A DNA stretch of 64,000 nucleotides from Paragordius varius. Lineage: Eukaryota; Animalia; Nematomorpha. The stretch lies in NCBI GenBank assembly GCA_964247055.1, contig OZ176055.1, forward strand, positions 6,882,001-6,946,000. The letters are read 5' to 3'. The translations under genes were made by a program, and so were the position numbers. The stretch's first letter is position 1. Every line of letters starts with the position of its first letter. Below the pieces are notes generated by a model, which was not told where the DNA came from, made no database searches, and saw only the letters and a list, made by a program, of their open reading frames with translations. This document shows, in pieces, positions 53,550 through 64,000 of the stretch.

Positions 53550-54128
53550 CTATTTAGTATATTTTGTTAAATCTAACGGTTTATCGTAACCCATAAATTT
53601 GGAGTAATAACTTTTATCAAGAAAATCATCCCTGTTAATGACAACAGGTCGATCTTTGATCTTTAGGATGCAAAATGGGCTAGGATTCGTTGTATTTATA
53701 TCAGAAGCATTAAAATATAAAGCTTTTTTGATAGGAATTATACTATTATATATTTGGTACATAAATTCAGATGGATGATCTTTAGGACATTTCCAAATTT
53801 GCAGGATTAATCGTTTGGTAATTAAATTAAACCAAAAAGGGTTTAGTACAAATATGGTGTATATAACAGCGAGAAAATATTTCAAATACATAGGATAGTT
53901 TTCAAACGCATTGCACATATCGTTGAGTAACACAACTCCCACACTACTTGAAAATATCATGGTGTATTTAATTAATTTTAATTGCCTAGCCATGTTAAAT
54001 GAATATATCAGGGTATGCGAGCTATCATATTTGGAATTTCCTTTTATAAGAAGATTTGCGATTGTCGAAACAGAATAATGTCTTGAAAATTTTAAAGGCT
54101 TATTGATTAAACTTTTTAGCAAAAGCAT
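53550..54128 (-). CDS. TMEM70: TMEM70, mitochondrial ATP synthase assembly factor (intronless, 192 aa)
   Basis: Basic N-terminal presequence, LIYSFNMAR (human LIYTGNMAR), two hydrophobic segments, C-terminal MGYDK. Confidence 0.8.
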   Translation of the reverse strand: MLLLKSLINKPLKFSRHYSVSTIANLLIKGNSKYDSSHTLIYSFNMARQLKLIKYTMIFSSSVGVVLLNDMCNAFENYPMYLKYFLAVIYTIFVLNPFWFNLITKRLILQIWKCPKDHPSEFMYQIYNSIIPIKKALYFNASDINTTNPSPFCILKIKDRPVVINRDDFLDKSYYSKFMGYDKPLDLTKYTK

Positions 54129-54185
54129 GGGTTTATCAAATGAAAGCTACCATATGCCAAATAAATTTTATTAAATAATAGATAA

Positions 54186-54510
54186 ATGGGTAAATAATAT
54201 TTTAATTTAGAGAGTGGCAAAAAATTAAAGAAGAAGTTGAATATCTAGTTAATATTCCGTGTTTCAAGGATGCATTTATATATGGAATATCTGGAGCAGT
54301 ATGTGCTTCAATTTTAACATTTCTTGCCACAAGTTTTTTACCGTATAAGTGATTGCAGGTAACAGGAAAAAAGTTTATTACTCATATATGATTGCTTTTG
54401 GCACAATTTATTTTGGTTATTTTACTGTTTGTAAAATTTCACAATATCATCACATGAAATCCTTGAATTTTAAGGAACAAATTGATAAACATCAAGAAGC
54501 AAATAAATAA
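54186..54510 (+). CDS. COX20: COX20, cytochrome c oxidase assembly factor (91 aa)
   Basis: Exons 54186-54189, 54213-54332, 54359-54510 (introns of 23 and 26 nt). IPCFKDAFIYG..TFLATS..YFTVC matches the COX20 PC..S.LYG..FL.TS..W..C pattern. Absent from the ORF track. Confidence 0.8.
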
Positions 54511-54524
54511 TATTTTTTTTTGCC

Positions 54525-54989
54525 TCATATATATAAATTAGTTATTTCGTTGACTAGACTAATAGTTTCTTCTTCAAAAGCATCGCTAAATTTATATTTT
54601 AAATATACATATTTTTAAGAGATATGTCACATTCTCTACCAAATTCATTAACTTCTGTTTTGTGCGATTCCACTAATTCATCATAAATTGCTTTTAGTCT
54701 TAAATTAAATTGGTAAAACTTGTCAAGCTCTGATGACACATTTTTCATTTTTATATCCAAGATTGATTCCATTTCTTTTAAAATGACGTTTTCTTGTACT
54801 AAACCGGCTTTATTAGTATTAACTTATGATAAGGTAAAATTTACTTTTTTCCATTTCTTTTTCGAGTGCAAGACATTGCTCATCAAGAGTATTCAAAATA
54901 CTTTCCATTTGGGAATTTTCTATATTAATTATTTTTATCAAACTTTTATTTAGCATGGCAAAAATATTTGATAAATTGGGCACGGACAT
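54525..54989 (-). CDS. Small coiled-coil protein (139 aa), weakly pallidin/BLOC1S6-like
   Basis: Exons 54989-54845, 54822-54609, 54585-54525 (introns of 22 and 23 nt) form one 420-nt frame: MSVPNLSNIF..LVQENVILKEMESILDIK..YQFNLRLKAIYDEL..ITNLYI*. The family guess is from memory only. Confidence 0.7.
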
Positions 54990-55297
54990 GTTTACAAAAA
55001 AATCGTCTGCTAACGATAATATAATATAATTTTCGCCTATATGAATTTTAAAAAAATAAAACCCCTTTTAACCATTAAAAATAGGAATGATATCCACATT
55101 CATTTATTTAAATATCGACTCTAGCCTTTATTTTGCATAAGATCCGTTTAAATCATAATATATCGTTTAACAAATTATTCATTTGGTAATAAAATATTTA
55201 TTATATAAATCAATCATTATTATTGACTATCATACAAAAAAATGATGGTAGCAAATTTGGTTTTGGTTAAAACAAAGCAAATCATTTTATAAGTAAA

Positions 55298-56100
55298 TCA
55301 TTTTTCTTCACACCATTCATTCTCTTTACGTATTTGTTCCTCTTCACTGGGCGTAAAATCATTTTTTATGTTAAACGTTTTTCGGATTTCTTCAGGCGTT
55401 TTACCTTTAATCATGTTTGCAACCGTTTTGCAGGTGACGTCAAGTAGCCCCTTAATATCCAAATAATTTGCTGCCAAGATTAGTTCAAACAGAGTTCCCT
55501 GATCAACTTTAAGGAAATCCATATCCCAACTACTAATATCATCAGTTCGTTTTTCTCGTTCTTCATCTTCAAGAGAACCAGGGCCACCAGCACCGGAACC
55601 AGGGTCATCTTTGTGATGTGTAGCCCATTGAATGACTTTTTTGAGGATGGCGGCATTGACATTAGGGAGCGGGACTATATCATCGTCACTGACACCTGTT
55701 TGATGATTAGCGGTTGGATCTAATTTTGTGGAATATAGGAAAGAAAATCATAAAAAATATATTCTAATTTACAATATATATATATATATATATACCATAT
55801 CATATCAGATATGATTAAATTTTAATTGTTATATACTTCAATAAAATTAAAGAAACGGATTAAATACTAAATTGAGACATTAAAAAAGATATTGACTGCA
55901 TTTTTTCAGATTTTAAACAAATATCTCAAATATAGCCTTTTCAATAAAATCATTTATAAATTTAACAAACCTCCATCATTCATTGCACCGCCGCATAAGT
56001 CATCCAACATAGTTTTTATCGTTCCTGATACTTTGGCAACTTCAACATCGACATCGAATACTTCACCGTCAGATGATTGCAATTTTATTGTAGAGGGCAT
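55298..56100 (-). CDS. SKP1: S-phase kinase-associated protein 1 (183 aa)
   Basis: Exons 56100-55971 and 55719-55298: [66 protein letters not shown]. Confidence 0.97.
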
Positions 56101-56294
56101 TAATTAAATATCTACTAAATGCGATATCACTAATAATTAGTTTATAAAATACCTTTAGTCGACTTTTTTATACAATGTACAACTGATATAATCCGTGAAT
56201 GTTTTCTAGTTGCCTAATCTCGTCCCACACCCACATACGCCTTGATTACTATTCATAATTATAATGTTTTAAAACCATATTATCTATATTGCTT

Positions 56295-59200
56295 ATGTTA
56301 ACTAAACCTGAAAAAGACAAATTTAAACAAGAAAAATATCAAAGTATTATAGCAGCTTTACTACGAGACGAAGAAAACAAATATTGTGCAGATTGCGATG
56401 CAAAAGGTATTATTTATATCTTGCAATTTTAGGACCTCGATGGGCTTCTTGGAATTTGGGGGTTTTTCTTTGCATAAGATGTGCCGGAATTCATAGAAAT
56501 CTTGGCTGCCATATATCAAGGGTGAAATCCATTAATCTTGATTCATGGAATGCTGAGCAATTACAAGTTTTATTTAGTTGGTTTTAAATAATTTAGCAAT
56601 TGCAAGAGATTGGTAATAGTCGGGCAAGAGCAATATATGAAGCAAGTTTGCCAGATTCTTTTCGAAGACCTCAAAATGATTCGTAATTTTAATCTTTTGT
56701 TTTATAAGAATTGATATTTCGCCTTCAAATGGTAATTTCTTGTAATCTAAGATTTCGTTGTCTGTAACAAATCAAAGCAATCCAAATCTTTTTTAAGATA
56801 AAATATAATTCCAAAAATCGAAAAATTAATTATAATAAATTTTACCCAACCTTATGGCACATATATTTCGGACTAATATTATAATGGAATTTAATTGCTT
56901 CTTTAATTCGATTAATAAGGCCAATTTAAAATTTACACTAGTATTTTTTGGAATTATATAATGAAACATCGATTTGGACAGTATTTTATAAGTCTACCTA
57001 AAATAGTATTTTTTATGTTTTTAGTGCTTTGGAATCTTTTATTCGTGCCAAATATGAATCTAAAAAGTACATTGCGAATGAATGGAAACCCTTGACATTG
57101 GCCGAAATTAAAGATCGAGTATTTTTAATAATTATCCATATTTTTTTTCAAATGTTTGCCAATATAATAAAATATTTGGTATATATTAAATAAAATGTTA
57201 ATTATGGTTCTTGCAAAAATCTCATTCTCTAATAATATATGTTGTCTTAAAATTTAAGCAAACAATAACAACCATTTATATTGTCTATATTTTGAATTAG
57301 TTATTGTTTTTTGCGTTTTAAATTTTTTTAAAAATTATAAATAACAAGAGCAAGGTCAATATTACAACAAATCCTTTCTAAAATATACACACTTTTTTAA
57401 GGCAACAAGCCTTGAGAATGAATTAGAAAATGAAATTCTAAACATTTATGGACTCTCGGGGAAAAAGAAAAAAAACCGAAGTATGCCTGATAATTTGGTA
57501 GCTATTATTGACAAGCCAAATAAAAGTGGTTCTAGTCTAACAAAAAATACCACCAATAATAATGTTGATCACATTGGAAATAAATTGCTCAAAAATGGAC
57601 AAACGAATTTATGCTTATTCGATACAATGTTTGATGATAATAATATTAATGAGAATCAACAAATCACCGAAAACAACAATATGAGCGAGAATACCAAAGA
57701 ATTATTAGTAAATTTTGCTTTTGTTTAAAAACATAAAGTTATTTTTTGAAATAATGGTAAATATTAATTGAATATTTAGGACATATTTAACACTATACCT
57801 CCACAATCAACCGAATTCCAACATAGTGACAGCGCGCCAAATATAAGTATTATTTATTTTTTGATTGATATCACTATAAATAATAATTGCGGATGGTGAA
57901 TGTATTTTTATAAAGTTACATTTTAACGTAACTCTTTGACAATTATTATATTAACAACATTGATTTAAAAATCTTTTACAAATATATAATTCATAGATTT
58001 AAATCACATGAATAATCCTGTTTGCAATGATACGAACGCTACGAATGTACTCTTAACCGGCATTCAAAAAACGAATGATGATATCTTAGCATTATTTGGG
58101 AATCAACATAATTATAGTATAAATTATTACTTATATCTTTTTAATTTTGTAAATTTTTCTAACCAAGGAATTCGTTAGGGAAAGTATCTCATCAAGTCTT
58201 GATTTATTTGTATGTTTTTACCATATAGGTAGTATAAAATATATTTATGAATAAATAGTGATTTTAGTATTGAATTGATTATAGATACACCAAATACAAG
58301 CAACACCCTATCGAATGGCCTATTAAGGGGCGATATTTTACGCCAATCTGAAAATTTGTTTGATAACTTTGAAAACAATAAAACTTCTCATGCACACCAA
58401 ACGGATTATCTAATCAAAGTAAAATAAAGACAAATATCTTGTTTTTCAAATGACTGATTTTTACCGTAAAATCAAATGCATATGTTTTTGTTATTAAAAT
58501 CATGCGAAATAAGTACAATCACTCTCCACCAAATTTAAATAAAACATAATTCCTGATAATAACTTTTTTGGCTTAATATGAATTCGGTTGATTAAGGAAT
58601 TACTTTTGATTTTTTGGTTTAAATTAAAATTAAAAAAATTTTGTTCTTTTATTTTTGTAATAGCTCATTATTGAATCCAGTTTGACCGCCTATGAAAACA
58701 ATTATTTACAGGCACATTCACTCATTATATAATATAACATTATATATAACTTAATGACACTAATTAAACCTAGTGTTAAACAATAAAAAAATCATTAAGA
58801 TGTTTTACCTTAGATTTAATTTTTAGACTCCTATTTTTTATAATGTGTCATTGATAACCAATGTTCAAATTGTTAAACTGATTTTTTTTAAATCAAGTCC
58901 AATATTTGCAACATGGTTTAGTTTATGTGAAAACTTTTAGTTTAACTTTAAAATTTTTCGAATGGGTATATTGTTTAATTTTCCAGGTTATCTAGTATTA
59001 AATATTATCTCATTTTTTGTGTTTTTCATTTTAAAATAGATTTATATCACTGATATGAAATGTTGATTCTCAATTATACTTTTATCCAGATTCAAAATCA
59101 ATTAGCGAATTTAAATACGCAAGACAATTCACAACCTACATCACAATCTGTGCACAAGGACAAAAAGTTATCAGTTAAAAATAACGTTATTATTGAAGAC

Positions 59201-59302
59201 AATTTTTTAAATGTTTCCACTGCATTTTCCACAGTTCCAGCCCCTGGGTCCAATAATGGAATTAGTAATGTTAATGATAAGACGCTATTAGATATTGATT
59301 AA
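56295..59302 (+). CDS. SMAP1: Stromal membrane-associated protein (SMAP1/2-type ArfGAP)
   Basis: Exons 56295-56406, 56433-56566, 56597-56682, 57025-57118, 57402-57707, 57780-57846, 57997-58116, 58285-58418, 59090-59302. [51 protein letters not shown]. Exons after the GAP domain are less certain. Confidence 0.88.
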
Positions 59303-60218
59303 AGCAAGCGAACGAAGCACATACTGTTGGCTATTATATACCATAATTTATTATATCACATACAAATGGTGTCTATAAACTTTCCATGTGTTAATCATAT
59401 ACAACCAAAAAATTATTTTGTTTTTAACCAAATTTAATAATAAAAATTAACTGCAAAATATTTTTTAATATATATATATCGACTTGCAAAATTATTTTTG
59501 CTTCAAAACAAGCAATGAAATCGTTTCTTCCTACTTGCAATCGAAAATAATATTTTGTCTGTGTTGAGTATAGATTTTTGGAACATATGTTAGCTCGGTC
59601 GTTGTTAATTAGTGTTTTTTATAGTTTATATATAGTGTGTATAAAAAGGTACTTTTTATGAGACAGAGTCGATGATTAGCCCTCACAATTTAAGGGGATC
59701 AAAGGTAATATGAGAGAATAAATGTTATATTTAAATACATTAAACGGAATACCTGTATCCCTTTTAGCTAAAACGCAAACGGCTAAAATTATCTTACACT
59801 AGAAAACGCCCATTGAATCTGCTAAATATAGAGATGTAAAAAATATTAACGAAACTAAATTTACAATTAAATTATTTACCTATAAAACTTTTAGATTTTT
59901 GATGTTTTAAAGGTCGTCGATTTTCAGATGTACTTGTGTATCTCGTAATGTTGGAGGAATAGTGCGCAAATAAAAGCTTTAAAATTGGCTGTCTATTGAT
60001 ATTACATTTAATTATTCAATAACTTTTTTTAAAATTTGTTATCATATTTTACCTAATATTTGGTTGACGCTTCTAAATATAAAAGTAATTATAGAGCCTT
60101 ATCAGATGTTTTGCTTGTAAATGTTACTGTATATTGTTTAAATATAACAAAAATTTTAGACATCTTGTGTACAAATATTATGGCATATTGAATGTTTTTA
60201 TATTTAAATACTATATAC

Positions 60219-62601
60219 CAGGGGTGGCCAAACAGTTTCGTGCCCGAGGGATTTCAAAACGTGACCGCCTGAAAATTAAAAAAATATGTTTGCATAATTT
60301 TTTTTCACAAAATTATATTTTTTTCCTGCTTGAAAAAAGTATATTAGAACAAAATTTTTTATTTTAACTTAATTTATTATTATAATATATTTTATTAATC
60401 ATATGTATTTTATTCGAACTTAAAAGCATTTCTGATTTCCTTTGAAAATAGTTATAAAAAAACGCAAGTGTCATTTTTATATTTTAGTAATGTTAAAATT
60501 CAAACCAAAAAAATATAATTATAAAAGTGAGTGAGAGGGTTTTTACTTTTTTATAATGAATAATGATAAAAGTACTTATTTGATATGCAACTCCACCAGG
60601 GTGTCTAAATAAGCCAATGTCCAAAGACATTTCCCTAAGCTTCACATGAACTATTAAAAATACAATTCAGATATTCGCAAATCAAAAATCAAGCTATTTA
60701 AAGAAGAGCTAAATACTCAGAAACCATGCATTGTGAAAATACAGCTTAAATTAAAAAATCTATGGTTGCAATTTACAAAATATTAGATATCCTAATTAAA
60801 AAAACAAATCTTTTCATGTGGCATATATGAAAAGCTTTTATAAAAGCTTCTAAGTTTTGTTGATAATTATGAGGAAAAAATGATATTATGGAATCAATAA
60901 AAAGCCGATCCCTATCTAGAAACACAATTTTACGGAGAGGTGAAGATCTTAATCAGAACCTTAGAAATTTTGCATGATAAGTATAAATCTTGTATTTGAT
61001 TTTCGCTTCAAATCGACAAGTCCGCCGATTACGTCGTAATCGCTCAATATTTTTAATTCGCATGGTCTTCCATGAGAGCCAGCCACTGAAGTTGACTGTA
61101 ATATTTCTGCAAGAGCACTCCAAAGGGCAGGATATATTTAATTCATTAATTATGTTACAGAACCGATTTTAAAACATCCATAACAACCTACGGAGCGCCA
61201 GCGATGATTGGAGTAATGGGTTCGTGGCAATGGATGTATGCTTTAAAATAAATTCGAATCGCCGCCAATTCAAGTTCTGTTAAACGGGTGCCATATTGAA
61301 CATGGTAAACTCTTACTTAATAGCGATGTAAGAGGATTAAGTCGTGCCGTATTTTAGTAAGACTCCAAACGCATTTTTTTTCGTTTCCGATCAACAATCA
61401 AAAGATCAAATATGGCGTTTGATCTTGTTATTTATAAATAAAAATAAATACCCACATATTTGAAAAATTACGCACTTTTCAATTCTTTTTTTAAATCCAC
61501 ATATTTATGTTAATCGGCTTTTTCTGATATGAATGCCATTAAACAAAGACCACGATTAACTGATCATGGAATCAGGCCTGAGAACCCAATTTAAAAAAAA
61601 TTGAAATAAAACTTACAATCTTCTTAATTTTTATTGAAACATCAAGTGTTTCCAAAAGTTCGCATGCATCACGATAATTCTCAACCGAAATTCAAAATGT
61701 TTACGATCTCTAATTAGTTTTATTTGACATCAAATCCAATTGCAATTTAAGAAAAAGATTATTTTGGTTTTACATTCAACATATTATTAAACGAGCACAA
61801 CATGGAAATGTATTAGAGTTTATGTATTGAAAAAAATCCTATTTTTTAATTAATTTGCAATGTGCAATTTTTATGATACATCGAAAGAAGCGGTTTTAGA
61901 TCTTTAAGATATAAATAATTTTTTTGTAAATATATATATTTGTAGTGAAAATTGTCTTAATCGCTCTAAAAATGATCCACGACTTAATCATCTTACATCT
62001 ATAACTAGTTTTTTGTGTCCAAACCAATTTTTTATTAAACGAATGATAAAAAAAATGAAGTGTTAATAGATGCTCATTTCAAATTAATGTGGCTGCCAAA
62101 ATAGATTATAGAAAACTAATTCATTACACTCGTTTAAAATTAATATTTTTAGGTATTGGTTTTTCTCATGTTACAGTGTTTACAAAATATTCATAAAAAG
62201 ATATATCAATTATCATGATTTTGTTTACGAGTAATTAGGAAAGATATTTACACTTTTGTTGTAATTGCACCATATATTTATTGATATCAATATCGGCTGT
62301 TCGTTTCAATTGTGTTTTGAGGCTATCTGAATCCGAGAACAGGGGTTGCCAACAGGCTTTACGCCGCAAGAGGCTTCCGAATTTCTCTATTTCTCGAAAA
62401 ATTTCAAATATAAAATTACGAACTCCACGTAAAATTGATGTTTTTAAACAAATTATATGAACAGGTCTAATTTCGGCAACAAACTAGCTAAAATTGTTGG
62501 AATAAAACTATTTTTTACAATCTCAATCATAAAAATTATAATATTTGGTGATACCCATATTTACCAATGCGGCCTACAAGGCCATTTGCGTTGGAACCCT
62601 G
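60219..62601 (+). mobile_element. Decayed Buster/GTF2IRD2-type hAT transposon (transposase pseudogene ~60590-62090)
   Basis: Left TIR CAGGGGTGGCCAAAC and right GTTGGAACCCTG, flanks ctatatac/ctatacat. Fragments LSRNTILRR, FSLQIDKSAD, IRMVF, KGQDIF, TTYGAPAMIG, DVRGLSR with stops and frameshifts. Confidence 0.75.
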
Positions 62602-63308
62602 CTATACATTAAAGTTGAAAGCTGTAACACTATGCATGAAATGAGTGTTTGCTAATTTAATTATAACTAAAACAACTCTCAAAACAGTAGTTTGAATACT
62701 ATTTAAGATATGGAACATACTAACCCAAAATATCATCGAGAGAAAATGAAATGTAATGAAGTGTTAGCTATTGAAAATTCTGATGCAAACACGGTAGAAA
62801 CAAACATAAATCTAAATTAAGATTTGCTGGGACACGTTATTTCATAGCTTTCCCTAATTATTTTTCTGACCATATATATTTATTTGCCTGTATAACGATA
62901 GAACATTCACAAGAAAAATGTTATTTTGAGGCTAATATTTACTTAATATTTTACAATTTTTTAAAGCGGAACTCAAAGAAAGCATATTTTTAAATAAATG
63001 GGTCTGTACCCCAAAAATTAATGAGTCAACCATTTTAGTCCGTGAAACAGTGATGTAAAACAAAAGTGAAAGGAAATCAGGAATTCTTAGATTATGTTTT
63101 AAATATATTTTTAGTTTTGTATTAATTTTCGAATTAATTCATAAATATTGTTTTTAAAATTAAACTTATATGGCTTTATCCAAAAAATAATAGTGCATAA
63201 TTTATGATTGCATGTATTTTATATATAATGCTATTTATCTGCACAATAATTTTACCCTCAAACTGCTATGATTTTGTGCATATTTAGTGGATACATTAGT
63301 TATACCTG

Positions 63309-63952
63309 ATGTCGCTTTCAAGCGTATTACCAAAACCCGTACAAAATTTTTCTTCAACTCTAAAACCAAAAGAGGTTAACAACCAGGTTTAAAATTATTT
63401 TATTTTAGCAATCAAAAATAGCAAAGGTTGGACCTCAACCTTATGGACATCGTCATGGATTTATACCAAGAATTCAAGAGGTAGACATTTTGAATAAAAT
63501 TTAATTTAACGATTTTAGTTAACAAGTTAATAACTTTATAACCCAAATTCATTTCTCCTATATATTTAATTGTACTGTTTGTTTAGTTTTTTTACATTTT
63601 TTATTGAATAATATGTAATTTATTGTGTTTAAAAATTAGTATACAATTTTAGTATAGTTTATAATATAAAATCCTGCACACACCTACATATATATGTATA
63701 TATAAACTTTATGGAAGCTTAAATATAAATGTCACCGAAATAACAGTTAATGTATATCTTATTTATTTATTTTTCATCTAGGATTTTGCAGACGGTGGGG
63801 CTTTTCCCGAAATTCAGGCTGCTCAATTTCCATTAGACATGGGTAGAACCAAAAATATTGTTCCCTCCAAAAAGGTCATTCCTTTACAAGTCGATAAAAC
63901 AGGCAAAGTTAGGTTTGACGCTATTGCAAAACAAGGGCATCATAAAGATAAA
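63309..63952 (+). CDS. SNW1: SNW domain-containing protein 1 (SKIP/Prp45), 5' exons; continues beyond the window
   Basis: Exons 63309-63386, 63409-63480, 63782-63952: MSLSSVLPKP, PYGHRHGFIPR, EDFADGGAFPEI..AQFPLDMGR, VRFDAIAKQG. Confidence 0.95.
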
Positions 63953-64000
63953 GTATAAATTAATTTTATATTACAGATATATAGTACTATTGTTTTGTAT

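Overview
Very AT-rich eukaryotic (animal, probably bilaterian) genomic DNA. It is not prokaryotic and has no CRISPR, rRNA or intact tRNA. Hand-spliced genes: an uncharacterised coiled-coil gene (-), INPP5E (-), a small zinc-finger gene (+), a calcitonin/DH31-type class B1 GPCR (+, about 17 kb), Homer (-), a tight cluster of TMEM70 (-), COX20 (+), a 139-aa coiled-coil gene (-), SKP1 (-) and SMAP (+), and the 5' part of SNW1 (+). The rest is transposon-derived: mariner and Buster-type hAT relics, one intact and two decayed RTE LINE fragments, a Helitron, a SINE, foldback elements and many MITEs. Main observations: (1) many GT-AG introns of only 22-30 nt (mode 22-23) coexist with kb-long, TE-filled introns; (2) a ~595-bp insertion at 49259-49853 has a 14-bp target-site duplication, inverted arms and a minimal type I hammerhead ribozyme in each arm, i.e. 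a Penelope/retrozyme-like element; (3) three non-autonomous TE families share a TATACCATT terminus and 21-bp-period subterminal arrays. Family names come from motif recall, not database searches, and exon coordinates were derived by hand.
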